Source: an uncultured Eubacteriales bacterium
GTDB lineage: Bacteria; Bacillota; Clostridia; Peptostreptococcales; Anaerovoracaceae
Length of the DNA: 64,000 bases
NCBI GenBank assembly: GCA_902774265.1
Contig: CACYHR010000007.1
Coordinates: 6,141 to 70,140, forward strand
Reading direction: 5' to 3'
Position numbers and translations under genes: made by a program. The notes beneath the pieces are model-generated. The model saw nothing but the letters and a program-made list of their open reading frames with translations, made no database searches and was not told the DNA's origin. Of this stretch, positions 1-9,976 are shown one piece after another (position 1 is the first letter of the stretch; each line of letters starts with the position of its first letter).

Positions 1-1295
1 GCATCTGAAAGGCAATGCATCAGAATACCGTCATAACAGGCACTGTCCTGTATCGACATATATGTATCGTGATGTACCATGCCTCTTTTTTTAATACGGG
101 AAAAGTCTAACAGATCATACTGGCATATAGCTGTCCGCCCTGTTGTATAAAGGCATTTTCGCACACTGTCATATGCTATTCCGGAGCAGCTTCGGTCAAA
201 GTTTCCGATCAGATACTCCTTTGACTTTATATCATAGAGAGTGAAGCCTGCTGTACCCTGACCTTTCAGACAGTAAAGCAGATTTCGATCCGGCTCATAT
301 GTCGCTCCGTTTGGATGTCCCAGTGATACCTTCGGCTTTATTACCTTTCTGCCTGAGCCATCCTTATTATATCTCACTATTCTGGTCGGTCCGTACATTC
401 CGAATACGACCATGTATTTTTTCCCTGTATACGCAAGGCTCTGAGGGATAGTTGCACCTCCGGATCCTTTGACTCTTACAACAGCTTCGCAATTGGCAGT
501 GGATACATTATACATTATGCTTGCTTTTGATCCCTTTATTTTTACAGGATGAGCATCATAAACAGTGAACGCTATTGTTTTTTTATCTCCTGTGAATTCA
601 TCTGTTTCTTCTGCCTTGACAGTTACTACCGCCTTTCCCGGTCCGACCGTCTCTGCTCTCCCTGTTGTTTTATCGACTTTTATGATATCAGAATCACTGG
701 ACTTGAATGTCATGTTCGTATTGGCCCTTGCGTCGATCATAAACGGGTCGCTTCCGGTGAACTTTATCATTTCACTGTCGATTTCTATCTTCTGCTTTTG
801 CTGTGTCGTAAAATTCCTTATCCCGGAATAGTGTCCCTGATAATCCTGATTATCGGCTCTGATAACAAATGAATAAGTTACGCCTTCAGCAAGTCCTTCT
901 ATTTTTATGCTGTCTGACTTTACTGTTTTTTCATTCCATTTTGCAACTGTTTCCGCATCTGCATTAGAATCACTTTTCTCCGCCGCTTTACTCTTCTCGT
1001 CCTGTTCGGTATAAAAAATGTGATATTCGGTTGCATTACGGGGAGGATCCCATGTGATCGTCATACTGTCAAGATTTATATCGAATGCTGTAATGGAATC
1101 ATCAACTACATTTGCAGGGTATGTTTTGTAATGTCTGTATGCTGAAAAAACAGCCAGCAGCACCAGGGCTGTCAGGCATACCGTGAACAGTCTGATGCGT
1201 CTGATCTGTTTTTTTCTTTTTTCCTGTTTATTCCTGTCTTCTCTCTTTAGATGTTTTTCTTCTCTTCTGCTCAATTTCCGGACTCCGGTATGCAA
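1..1295 (-). CDS. Membrane-anchored secreted protein with FN3-like, Ig-like and C-terminal beta-propeller-like regions. The C-terminus is cut by the window edge. Paralog of 9977..11386.
   Basis: Not in the ORF track because it runs off the window. Manual minus-strand translation gives a basic N-terminus plus TM (RRIRLFTVCLTALVLLAVF), then ITAFDINLDSMTITWDPPRNATEYH. Further on, IPQSLAYTGKKYMVVFGMYGPTRIVRYNKDGSGRKVIKPKVSLGHPNGATYEPDRNLLYCLKG is colinear with VPQSFGYTGDKYIVAYGMSGSQRIVTFDVKGDGKSVSVPGVALGHPNGFCYSDSTGLCYCVKG of 9977..11386. Only TTG starts are in frame: 1295, or 1274 with GGAG 8 nt upstream. Confidence 0.7.
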   Translation of the reverse strand, partial: MHTGVRKLSRREEKHLKREDRNKQEKRKKQIRRIRLFTVCLTALVLLAVFSAYRHYKTYPANVVDDSITAFDINLDSMTITWDPPRNATEYHIFYTEQDEKSKAAEKSDSNADAETVAKWNEKTVKSDSIKIEGLAEGVTYSFVIRADNQDYQGHYSGIRNFTTQQKQKIEIDSEMIKFTGSDPFMIDARANTNMTFKSSDSDIIKVDKTTGRAETVGPGKAVVTVKAEETDEFTGDKKTIAFTVYDAHPVKIKGSKASIMYNVSTANCEAVVRVKGSGGATIPQSLAYTGKKYMVVFGMYGPTRIVRYNKDGSGRKVIKPKVSLGHPNGATYEPDRNLLYCLKGQGTAGFTLYDIKSKEYLIGNFDRSCSGIAYDSVRKCLYTTGRTAICQYDLLDFSRIKKRGMVHHDTYMSIQDSACYDGILMHCLSD

Positions 1296-1306
1296 TATTT
1301 TTTCGG

Positions 1307-2536
1307 TTATCCTCTCTTTACGATCTTAGCTCCGAGTTTCATCAGATCTGAAGTCGGATGCTCAAAGATCTTAAGGCTGAACAGTGCTGTCATCCCAGCA
1401 CCAATGATGCAGTACACTATGAATCCAAGCAGCATAGACATATGGCTGCCCCCGAACGCAAGTCCCGGTATCATTCCTGCTACGGATTCATCATATGTGC
1501 CGCCGAACAGCACTACCAGCTTAGGCAGTACCATCCAGTTGCGGAACAAGTAGCACAGCGGTCTGTGCCAGAAATACACGTTCAAAGTCCTCGCTCCTAC
1601 AGTTGTCACGAATTTGAGATCTTTATCAGGGATTACCTCGATTATAGCTATGGTAAGGATTATCGCAAATGCCCATACTGCAATGCGTATCCACCATCCG
1701 TTTTTATATGCGTAGCTGAAGAACTGCTGCAGAAATTCATATGATCTGCGTCCGGTAAACCACTTTCTCCAGCTGTACATACCCCATTTCCCGTTGTAAC
1801 AGATCAGCACCGTCACTATTATGATAACCCAGGCTGAGAAACGCATAAGTGATTTGCGTGTTTTTGTATTATCGTCGCCTTCCCCGCCATAGCCTTTACC
1901 TTCGAACCATGCGAGTGCCTTACGCATGTCCATATAATATCCGATGGCATAGATCGGCAGGAAGTTGATCATCCTCGAGAGGCAGAACGTATCTCCCACT
2001 GCCGGAAAATATCCGATAACCGAACTGAGTATAAAAGCGCCGGCGATAATGAAGAAAGGTTTTTTGCTTTTGCCCGGCACGGTATCTCTGCCTCCGTCTA
2101 TGAAGCGCATCACATAGAAGAGCATTTCATATTCAGCCATTACAAACAGATACCACGGAATGCCCGGTTCCTGTATCCAGTGCCAGCCCGGGTCCTGTCC
2201 CATCAGAGTGCGGCTAATCTGCAGGAATATCTTGAGGGCATATCCGCATAGAAAGAATCCCATTACTTTATCCCATCTGATATGCGTTTCTCCCTTTACT
2301 CCGGCGGCTGCTCTCTCTTCGCTGATGTACTGCTTGTGCACCAGACCTGATATGAATATAAATGCAGGCATATGGAATGTATATATCCATAAAGTAACCC
2401 ATCTTACCATATGCGAATCGGACACATAATCTGTGGTCATGTGCCCGATAACTACAAGGAATATAAGAAAGGCCTTTACATTGTCGTATTTATAGATTCG
2501 TTTTTTTTGAGACTGCATCTGTGCTGCATCTGACAT
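1307..2536 (-). CDS. Acyltransferase family 3 integral membrane protein (glycan O-acyl/O-acetyltransferase type)
   Basis: 409 aa, polytopic. N-terminal NVKAFLIFLVVIGHM motif and overall hydrophobic layout are typical of Acyltransferase_3/OatA-like proteins. Confidence 0.8.
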   Translation of the reverse strand: MSDAAQMQSQKKRIYKYDNVKAFLIFLVVIGHMTTDYVSDSHMVRWVTLWIYTFHMPAFIFISGLVHKQYISEERAAAGVKGETHIRWDKVMGFFLCGYALKIFLQISRTLMGQDPGWHWIQEPGIPWYLFVMAEYEMLFYVMRFIDGGRDTVPGKSKKPFFIIAGAFILSSVIGYFPAVGDTFCLSRMINFLPIYAIGYYMDMRKALAWFEGKGYGGEGDDNTKTRKSLMRFSAWVIIIVTVLICYNGKWGMYSWRKWFTGRRSYEFLQQFFSYAYKNGWWIRIAVWAFAIILTIAIIEVIPDKDLKFVTTVGARTLNVYFWHRPLCYLFRNWMVLPKLVVLFGGTYDESVAGMIPGLAFGGSHMSMLLGFIVYCIIGAGMTALFSLKIFEHPTSDLMKLGAKIVKRG

Positions 2537-2628
2537 TAGCTATTCCTCTCAGTCTGTGATCATTTATGACGGCCCGGATAATATTCGCGGACCGATAATC
2601 ACTGCCTTGTTTTGTTATTTTCGTTTTT

Positions 2629-2770
2629 TGTTCAACCAGGAGCAAAGCTCCAACAAGCTCGCTTGATTGAAGCGAGCGACGCCGTCAACAGACACCGGGA
2701 GCTTCAGCTCCTGAGAGCATCAGTGGGGGATTGTTACCCACCACTGATGGTCGAAAATGGAACCCGCCGG
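2629..2770. repeat. Copy A of a conserved structured intergenic element (98-nt core + 25-nt insertion + 18-nt tail)
   Basis: 2629..2726 matches 22980..23077 at 97 of 98 positions by manual alignment, and 2752..2769 is identical to 23078..23095. The flanks are unrelated. 2727..2751 is a copy-specific insertion that completes the hairpin catcagtgg/ccactgatg. Confidence 0.85.
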
Positions 2771-4029
2771 TCCTTGTCTTTATCGGCGTCTTCGTCTCCG
2801 CCTGCGTTCCTGATATTCTTAAGGAACGAAATGACAGACTGTTTCTGTTTCTCTTCTTTGATCTGAGCTAACTCCTCATCTGTAGGAGTCATAACTCTTT
2901 CTATCTTGTTTTTAACTTCTTCAACAGAAGTGTCGTAAGCCTTGTAGACCTGGAATTGCTGATTCTGCGTCAGACTCGCAACATAATCCATCGCATACTC
3001 GCCTTTTATTTTTTGCTTTTCTATGTCCCATTCGCCCATATCGGCCAGCTGCATTTTTACAAGCTGCTGCATCTCAGCACTGGTCATATCTGTGGACATA
3101 TTGTTGCTGGCGGCATCGAGTATCTTCGAATACTTTGTCAGAAGCGCCGGCGATGTCATCAGTTTTCTGAGTATCGCATCCACAACTCTCTGCTGGTTTT
3201 CTACTCTGACTGCATCCTCGCTCCCGAAAGCTTTTCTCTCGCGGGCGAATGCCAGTGCTTCCTTACCGTTCATGTGATTCCATCCTTTTTTGACAGTCCA
3301 CCAGCTGCGCTTGACAGGAACGAATTCCTTAGGCGAGTATACATCTACTCCGCCAATTGCGTTGATTAGATCTACCACAGCGGTAAAATTCATTTTGACA
3401 TAATAATCCATATTTATGCCAAGCCAGTCCTCCACGGTGTTGAGGGTCTCATCGACTCCGTAAACACCTGTATGCGTCAGCTTGTCCATCTGCTGTGCCG
3501 TATGCAGCTTGATATATGTGTCCCTCGGGATAGAAGTCAGCAATATCCTGCGTGTCTGCGGACACACGGTAACTATCATATTGACATCACTGCGCTCCAT
3601 ATCCAGACCTTTTTCGCTCTCCCACTGATCGATCCCGGTAATATATATATTGAACGCTTTTTCGGTCAGATCTTTGCCCGCTGACCTCGATGTATCCCCC
3701 GATGTACTGATACGTGCAAATGCCGTAAAAGTTCCGGCAAGATAGTATGTCCCCAGACCGTAGATACCAACAAAAATTATCGCAAAAAGAATGCCGACTA
3801 TCCTGAGCCAGCGATGTTTACGCTTAAACAGGACACAGGTAATTATCATAAGTGATGCCATAACGACCAGCAGTGCCATCGTAAGTTCCTTCGGAAATGC
3901 GTTAACCACCGTCAGCATCACCATAAAAGCTATTGCCACCAGTGACATAAGAATCATTACAACAGCGTAACCGCCTGTCGGCAGCAGTGTCTTTTTCTTA
4001 TATGAACTGTTTTTATATTGTGTTGCCAT
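2734..4029 (-). CDS. LytR-CpsA-Psr (LCP) family glycopolymer-to-peptidoglycan ligase
   Basis: N-terminal TM region. Motifs RSDVNMIVTV, LTSIPRDTYIKL and VKMNFTAVVDLINAIGGVDV are typical of LCP domains. The last 12 codons and the stop lie inside repeat copy A. Confidence 0.9.
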   Translation of the reverse strand: MATQYKNSSYKKKTLLPTGGYAVVMILMSLVAIAFMVMLTVVNAFPKELTMALLVVMASLMIITCVLFKRKHRWLRIVGILFAIIFVGIYGLGTYYLAGTFTAFARISTSGDTSRSAGKDLTEKAFNIYITGIDQWESEKGLDMERSDVNMIVTVCPQTRRILLTSIPRDTYIKLHTAQQMDKLTHTGVYGVDETLNTVEDWLGINMDYYVKMNFTAVVDLINAIGGVDVYSPKEFVPVKRSWWTVKKGWNHMNGKEALAFARERKAFGSEDAVRVENQQRVVDAILRKLMTSPALLTKYSKILDAASNNMSTDMTSAEMQQLVKMQLADMGEWDIEKQKIKGEYAMDYVASLTQNQQFQVYKAYDTSVEEVKNKIERVMTPTDEELAQIKEEKQKQSVISFLKNIRNAGGDEDADKDKDRRVPFSTISGG

Positions 4030-4044
4030 CTGACTTCTGTCCTG

Positions 4045-5295
4045 TTATCCTTCCGTTTCTTCTTCCAGACCGGCTTGTAGATTAACATCTGCACGATCCT
4101 CTTCTGTTTCCGTATCTTTCTGTTCCTTTTTTTGCTTTTGTTCCTGTTTCCTGCGTTCCCTCTCCTCGTTAAGAAGCATCACAAAGGCTTCTTTTTGAAC
4201 AGTCTCAGGATCTGCTGTAATAATACTCTTTATACCTTTTTTAGGCTGTTTAGGCACTATTATGATGCCGAGATACAGCAGCGCGATCATTGCCAGGAAG
4301 AACGCGTCCTTGTAAAGATCCCTGCTTATCAGAACGGCAACGATGCCCATTATTCCCACTATTCCGTAGATAATCAGCACCGATCTTCGCTGCCCGAAAC
4401 CGGCAGCCATCAGATGATGATGAAGATGCGCCTTATCAGCCTTCATTATCGATTCATTTTTCATAAATCTTCTGAGCATGGCAAATGCCGTATCAAAGAT
4501 CGGCACAGCCAGTACAAGCATAGGTATCAGAGCTCCGACTGTAGTCGCTCTTTTGAGTGGTGAAATAACCGACAGTACGGCGATCATATATCCGAGATAC
4601 AGAGCTCCGCCATCACCCATGAATGTTTTTGCCGGTGAGAAATTGTAAGGTAAAAAACCGAGACATCCTGCCGCGACAGCGCAGAGCGCCACGCATACCG
4701 GCATCATTCCGAGCCTTATGCCGTGGATATAGGCTACATAGGCAAGAGAAAGAGACATTATCGCCACTGTTCCGGCAGCCAGACCATCCAGCCCGTCCAT
4801 CAGATTAACAGCATTTGTAATACCTACAATCCAGATCACAGTTATGAAAAATCCAAGACCGGCTCCCAGCATAATGACTGCTTGTGATCCATGAGAAACA
4901 GCGAGCAGAGAGTGGTTTATAAACCTGATCCTGATTCCCATGGCATACATGCCTGACGCTATTACTACCTGTCCGGCAAATTTTACGATAGGCTTGAGAT
5001 CCTTCAGATCATCGAGCACTCCCAGCAGGTACATCAGCAAACCGCCCAGCATCGCAACACGTATGTTGTTGTTCATTGACGCCGGTATCAGCATCGCAGT
5101 CATCGATCCAAGGAAGATTCCCAGGCCTCCGAATCTCGGTATCGGTCTGTTATGCATCCTGCGTCCGTCTCTCGGTCTGTCGATTATGTCGAATTTATAG
5201 GCAAGCCGAATACTCAGCGGCGTCGTCAATGCCGCCACTGCTATGCCTATTACCATTACCTCCAGGATTTTTCTTAAATAAAATGTCAGTACCAT
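4045..5295 (-). CDS. tagO: Undecaprenyl-phosphate N-acetylhexosamine-1-phosphate transferase (MraY/WecA/TagO family, GT4-type polyprenyl-phosphate transferase)
   Basis: Motifs DRPRDGRRMHNRPIPRFGGLGIF, LGVLDDLKDLK and NAVNLMDGLDGLAAG; about 11 TM. Carries an unusual ~70-aa charged C-terminal tail (ERERRKQEQKQKKEQKDTETEED). Confidence 0.85.
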   Translation of the reverse strand: MVLTFYLRKILEVMVIGIAVAALTTPLSIRLAYKFDIIDRPRDGRRMHNRPIPRFGGLGIFLGSMTAMLIPASMNNNIRVAMLGGLLMYLLGVLDDLKDLKPIVKFAGQVVIASGMYAMGIRIRFINHSLLAVSHGSQAVIMLGAGLGFFITVIWIVGITNAVNLMDGLDGLAAGTVAIMSLSLAYVAYIHGIRLGMMPVCVALCAVAAGCLGFLPYNFSPAKTFMGDGGALYLGYMIAVLSVISPLKRATTVGALIPMLVLAVPIFDTAFAMLRRFMKNESIMKADKAHLHHHLMAAGFGQRRSVLIIYGIVGIMGIVAVLISRDLYKDAFFLAMIALLYLGIIIVPKQPKKGIKSIITADPETVQKEAFVMLLNEERERRKQEQKQKKEQKDTETEEDRADVNLQAGLEEETEG

Positions 5296-5333
5296 TCTAA
5301 TGTAACTTCATACGAGCTGTATCCCGCCCCGTG

Positions 5334-6821
5334 TTAAAAAACTCCTATATCGTATACATAACTGTCACGATTATAATAATTGATCTCGTAGACCCTGACC
5401 TCTCGTGTCATAGTTTTGTTATTTTTTTTGTATGCTTCTGTTTTCGTTACCCAGTGATATTTAGGGTTGCTGAAATATTCCGTAACATAAAATCTGGCTT
5501 TTCCATTGCCGTTATCAACATGATACAGGTTTTCAGCCTCATATTTTGCTTTGACTCTGATATCGGCATCGGGAGTCCCGTCTCCGCTGTCGTTACATGC
5601 CCAGGCCTTTTTGATGTATTTTTTCTGATCTTTCACATAGGTCTTAAGTATTTCACTGTTCCAGTCCAGTGCCAGTATCCTGTTGTATGGCTGCTTGTTG
5701 TTGTATGGGCTCAGCATAAGATACACATATCTCTCATCGGAGTCCATAGCCTGATATGTGCCCGGGTATTTAGCGGAAATCTTAGTTCTTACCAATCCGA
5801 TAACTCTGAAGTCCGGATCCATCACCAGCAGATCATGCGAAGCTCTCTGCAGTGCAATAAAACAGTCATACCGGGCTATGTATGATATGGCGGATAAACC
5901 GAGACTGTCAAATCTTTTCTTGCTGGTCGCCCATTTCGCTGAATACCTGTAGTTTATATTTGCATATTTTTCAAATACAGGAACAGATTTTTTCCCGGTC
6001 CCGACATTTATTATTGTCAGCTGATTGCGCCGGGCTCCTTTACCGACAACAACCAGCCTGTGCCTTTTTGTATCCAGAGCCATACCGTTTCCGTGGTTGA
6101 TATTGATAATGCCCGATTTTGCCATGACCGCATTATCTTTTTTTCTCAGTTTCAGTACCCTGCCCTTTTGGGTATATGTTGAAACCATCAGATAATACAC
6201 ATATTTGCCGTCAGTGCAGGCGCCTTGCGGAACGCTGTATCCTGTTCGTGTTTCTCCAAGCAGCTTTTTGAGATTAACATTGAGCTTTTTCTTTTTAGGA
6301 GCAGTCTTTGCACTGATCTTCTTTCGCATAGCAGCGCTGTTTGCTGTATTCGCTGCTATACTTAGCCCTGATATCTTTTCATAAGCATCTGCATCCGGGC
6401 CGTCATTCTCTTCAGTCACTTCCTTCACAGCTGCACTGTCATACGCTTCCGAGCGCTCCTCAATAACGCGGGGAAGCTGTTCATCGGAGCCGGTTTCAGT
6501 ATCATCGGCTCCGATGCTTTCACCTCTTATTTTTTCCCTGTTGTCAGAATCCTCCTCTTTACTGCTTTCGAATACATTATCCTCTTTTGCCGAAACATCT
6601 CCGGCAGCTGTATCCGCATTCCTTTCTGCATCTGAGAAAAACCCTTTTACGACACTTTTTTCATCAGCAGTAAGCGTTTCATGTAACGCTGATCCTGCAG
6701 CTCTGCCATTTGAACGCACAGTTAAATCAGCTCCGGCAAACACGCAGTCTACCGAAAGCAGTGCTATGACAAACGACATGGTCAACGCCGCTATTCTGAT
6801 GAATCTATTCCTTTTATGCAT
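5334..6821 (-). CDS. Secreted protein of unknown function. The C-terminal domain is distantly related to the propeller-like domain of 9977..11386.
   Basis: Signal peptide (IAALTMSFVIALLSVDCVFA) and an acidic low-complexity linker. Shared motif order: VPQGACTDGKYVYYL, NHGNGMALD and LSAISYIARYD versus VPQSFGYTGDKYIVAY, GHPNGFCYS and CSGIAYDRKD. Confidence 0.7.
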   Translation of the reverse strand: MHKRNRFIRIAALTMSFVIALLSVDCVFAGADLTVRSNGRAAGSALHETLTADEKSVVKGFFSDAERNADTAAGDVSAKEDNVFESSKEEDSDNREKIRGESIGADDTETGSDEQLPRVIEERSEAYDSAAVKEVTEENDGPDADAYEKISGLSIAANTANSAAMRKKISAKTAPKKKKLNVNLKKLLGETRTGYSVPQGACTDGKYVYYLMVSTYTQKGRVLKLRKKDNAVMAKSGIININHGNGMALDTKRHRLVVVGKGARRNQLTIINVGTGKKSVPVFEKYANINYRYSAKWATSKKRFDSLGLSAISYIARYDCFIALQRASHDLLVMDPDFRVIGLVRTKISAKYPGTYQAMDSDERYVYLMLSPYNNKQPYNRILALDWNSEILKTYVKDQKKYIKKAWACNDSGDGTPDADIRVKAKYEAENLYHVDNGNGKARFYVTEYFSNPKYHWVTKTEAYKKNNKTMTREVRVYEINYYNRDSYVYDIGVF

Positions 6822-6960
6822 ATACGCCAGCTTTCTCTATTGCCATTTCCGGTCCAGCCAGTAATAAGATATTTCCCTATATTGTGTCAAAAGATCAGCC
6901 GCGTGTCAGCATTCTTGTATATTTATTAAGGTATTATCGTAATTCACGTCCGATTAATAA

Positions 6961-8199
6961 TTACTGCCCGAGCAGATTTCTTATCTCCTGTTTGTAATCC
7001 TCTACTCCCGGCTGGTTGAACGGATCAATTCCCATCAGTTTGCCTGTAACAGCTGCTGTCATCATGAAGAAATATAAGAGCTGGCCGAGCGAATATTCCG
7101 TGATTTCGTCTATATCTATTCTGATGATAGGAATATCAGCTTTTCTGTGAGCTGCCATAACACCCTTTACAGCCATTGCGTTGATATCATTGAGAGATCT
7201 TCCTGCAAGTTCAGGACCGGCTGATTCAGGTACGATAACATCGCATTCTCTGCCAAGTACATTGAGTACTGTCTCAAAGAATACCTGCTTTCCCTCCTGG
7301 AGGAACTGTCCCATGGAGTGCAGATCTGTCGAAAGTGTAAGCGATGCCGGGAATAATCCCTTGCCTTCCTTACCTTCACTCTCTCCGAAGAGCTGCTTGC
7401 ACCATTCTCCTATGAGTCTCATTGACGGATCATAGTATTCGAAAACCTCTATATCCTTACCTGCATTGTTGAGAGCATGTCTCGCCAATGCATAATTGAT
7501 GCCCTCTTCTTTCCAGAATCCGTTATTCAGAGACATATCCTTGGCACCGCGTACAAATTCCCTGATATCAATGCCTGCAACAGCGAGAGGGAACATTATA
7601 CCCGGAGTGAATGCTGAATATCTGCCGCCTATAGTCGAAGGGATCTCGAATGTTACATATCCCTCTTTGTCTGACTCCTCACGCAGTATTCCCTTGTGCG
7701 GGTCGGTGATAGCTACGATCCTGGATGCGGTTTCTTCTCTGCCGTATTTTTCGTACATCCAGTCCTTTATGATGCTGAAAGCGAGTCTGCTTTCCATTGT
7801 TCCTCCGGACTTGGAAACAACGCAGACACATACATCATGCTCATCTACGATTTTTTTGAGACCGGCATGATAATAGCCACTCATGTTGTTTCCTGCGTAT
7901 ACAAGCTTCGGGAATCCGTCGCGGCATCCGCCAAGTGCCTCTTCTACAGCTGCCGTTCCGAGATATGATCCGCCGATGCCTATGACTATCAGTCTGTCGC
8001 ATTTAGAGCGGATATCTTCGGCGGTTTTTTCCATAGCCTCCATCCACTCAGCCGGAAGCTCGGACGGCCAGTTAACCCATCCGGTGAAATCCTCTTCGTT
8101 CTTTCTCAGCTCTGCGATGAGGCTCAGGGCTTTGCCGTATTCCTCGTTAAGATCGATACCATCAGCAAAAATCTGGCTCTTCTCGATATGTACCTTCAT
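6961..8199 (-). CDS. pgi: Glucose-6-phosphate isomerase (Firmicutes short type)
   Basis: Motifs LIVIGIGGSYLG, VSKSGGTMES, IGGRYS, WCKQLFGESEGKEGKG and DPFNQPGVEDYK. Confidence 0.95.
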   Translation of the reverse strand: MKVHIEKSQIFADGIDLNEEYGKALSLIAELRKNEEDFTGWVNWPSELPAEWMEAMEKTAEDIRSKCDRLIVIGIGGSYLGTAAVEEALGGCRDGFPKLVYAGNNMSGYYHAGLKKIVDEHDVCVCVVSKSGGTMESRLAFSIIKDWMYEKYGREETASRIVAITDPHKGILREESDKEGYVTFEIPSTIGGRYSAFTPGIMFPLAVAGIDIREFVRGAKDMSLNNGFWKEEGINYALARHALNNAGKDIEVFEYYDPSMRLIGEWCKQLFGESEGKEGKGLFPASLTLSTDLHSMGQFLQEGKQVFFETVLNVLGRECDVIVPESAGPELAGRSLNDINAMAVKGVMAAHRKADIPIIRIDIDEITEYSLGQLLYFFMMTAAVTGKLMGIDPFNQPGVEDYKQEIRNLLGQ

Positions 8200-8272
8200 C
8201 GTATGTCCTCCCTCGTTTAAATAATGAGATAATATATATGAAATTGTGCTCTATGCTTTGCTTAAGGGAATC

Positions 8273-8281
8273 ATTATATCA
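8273..8281 (-). promoter_or_regulatory. Candidate extended -10 promoter (TGaTATAAT) upstream of pgi
   Basis: The minus strand reads tgatataat about 74 nt upstream of the pgi ATG. No good -35 is present. Confidence 0.35.
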
Positions 8282-8286
8282 CAATA

Positions 8287-9921
8287 TCACTGCAGCACCT
8301 TATCTTTTTTGAGGCATTCCATGATACGTCCGGAGTTGTTACCGTCATTAAATTCCACGATCCTTCTGTAGCGTCTTACGTAGTCCTCATTCTGAGGCCT
8401 GCAGTAGTTTTTCTCTACAGCTGCAGTTAAATCCTCAGCACTCATGCAGACGTCTCCGAACACATTATCCTCGTTAAGCATGAGATATGTTTCTTCTCCG
8501 TAGTGCCTCATGCATTCATCTTTTTCCTCCCAGCAGAATATTACGTTTGCACCTCTGTAGAATGCATCATAGGCTATGGATGAATAGTCCGTTATCAGAA
8601 GATCGCAGTCTCTCAGCACAAGATCATAGCTGTCGGCCAGCATGATGTGACCGCCTATCGTCTCCGAATCGCGGAAACGATCCTTCATCAGAGGATGAGG
8701 CAGTATTACAACCTTCTCTCTGAGCTGAGGCGGTACAGCATTGAACATTCTGAGTATCATTCTGTAATAGCCTGTCTCTTCGAGACTGTCTCTGGCCTGA
8801 TTTGTCTCCCAGCGGCGCCAGGTCGGCATTATTATTATCCTGTCTGCGCTTTCATTTCTGTAACATTTGTCAAATTTTGCCAGTCCTGTGATATACAGGT
8901 CCTCCCTCTTCATGCCCGCAAGCTGTATGAAATGCTGCGCCTCAAGCTCGGAAGAAACCACTGTTTTGTGAAGTCTGCAGTTTTTTTGCCTGAAACCGAT
9001 ACGCATCTCACTGTTCAGCGATACCATATACATGACCCCATGCTGCAGAAAAACATACATAAGATCCCTGCTTGTCAGTTTATCCTGAACCAGTTTGCTG
9101 GCTATCCTGATCTGAAGCGCGTGATCTATCGTTTCCGAGGAAATGAACTTGTCGCACTCGAAGAACAGCTTCAGATGTCTGTCGCTATCCTTCCACACGA
9201 GATTTCTGCGATATTTTTCCGGCAGCTCCGCGATTGCCGGGTTATCCTCGTTAACCACATACCAGACATTGGAATAACCTGCATCTATCAGCTTTTCATA
9301 GAGGACGGAGGCGCTTTCCTCATATCTCGAGCAGTTTTTTTCATACATCAAAATCGGTTCTTCTGATCTGTCACGACCTTTGACCCCGGTTCCTATCCGC
9401 TGCTTTCTGGCAGCCATTGCTGCTCTGTATGCTTTTTTGAGCCGCTCCTGCCCCTCCGGATAATCATACTGATTTGCGTCTCTGACAGTAAATGTCAGGG
9501 AATTATTGCGATTCTGGCGGAAATACATCGCCATACCGTTATATATATATATCGTAGAATTTTTGTTTCTTCCCTTTTTGAGATCAAACAGAGAATAAAG
9601 TATTCTTCCGAAGTATCTGCCGTCATAGTTGACGATCAGCCTGTTCTGTATATCGAAATTCTCTGCTTCGGACTTGCTGAAAGAGAGTTCCATTTCATTG
9701 AGGCTGTAACCGTTCGGCAGTTTTCGTCCGTATCTGTCCCTGAATCTGATATCGGCGATATCCGTTCTGCTGCCTGCATCGATACTGATCCTGCCGGTAT
9801 CCACGGGTTCGGAACTTCCCTGCAATCTGATCACACATGAAGCCTTCAGATATATGCGGGACGCGTCTTCACGGGTGCTGAATTTTAATATTCCTATTAT
9901 CGGTGAGATTTTCTTTGCCAT
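8287..9921 (-). CDS. CDP-glycerol glycerophosphotransferase family protein, TagF/TarL polymerase-like (long type)
   Basis: Motifs MYEKNCSRYEESASVLYEKL, FLQHGVMYM, IIIMPTWRRW and ITDYSSIAYDAFYRGANVIF. Confidence 0.85.
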   Translation of the reverse strand: MAKKISPIIGILKFSTREDASRIYLKASCVIRLQGSSEPVDTGRISIDAGSRTDIADIRFRDRYGRKLPNGYSLNEMELSFSKSEAENFDIQNRLIVNYDGRYFGRILYSLFDLKKGRNKNSTIYIYNGMAMYFRQNRNNSLTFTVRDANQYDYPEGQERLKKAYRAAMAARKQRIGTGVKGRDRSEEPILMYEKNCSRYEESASVLYEKLIDAGYSNVWYVVNEDNPAIAELPEKYRRNLVWKDSDRHLKLFFECDKFISSETIDHALQIRIASKLVQDKLTSRDLMYVFLQHGVMYMVSLNSEMRIGFRQKNCRLHKTVVSSELEAQHFIQLAGMKREDLYITGLAKFDKCYRNESADRIIIMPTWRRWETNQARDSLEETGYYRMILRMFNAVPPQLREKVVILPHPLMKDRFRDSETIGGHIMLADSYDLVLRDCDLLITDYSSIAYDAFYRGANVIFCWEEKDECMRHYGEETYLMLNEDNVFGDVCMSAEDLTAAVEKNYCRPQNEDYVRRYRRIVEFNDGNNSGRIMECLKKDKVLQ

Positions 9922-9976
9922 AATCTGTGTCTTCCGCTTATCCTGTATCTGATGTAATGATCCGGCCGGTTTCCCA

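Noticed and set aside
2735-2760. Hammerhead-like CUGAUG...GAAA string on the plus strand of repeat copy A (ccactgatggtcgaaaatgg).
   Set aside because: Only 3 nt separate CUGAUG from GAAA, so no stem II can form. The motif is disrupted in copy B. This is a chance resemblance.
2612-2866. 84-aa plus-strand ORF spanning repeat copy A. The equivalent open frame across copy B reads VQPGAKLQQARLIGASDAVNRHRELQLLRASVAKMEPAA.
   Set aside because: - The 25-nt indel between the copies shifts the frame.
- Copy B has no start codon in frame.
- The ORF in copy A runs antisense into the well-supported LCP gene.
- The shared peptide is best explained by nucleotide-level conservation of a non-coding element.
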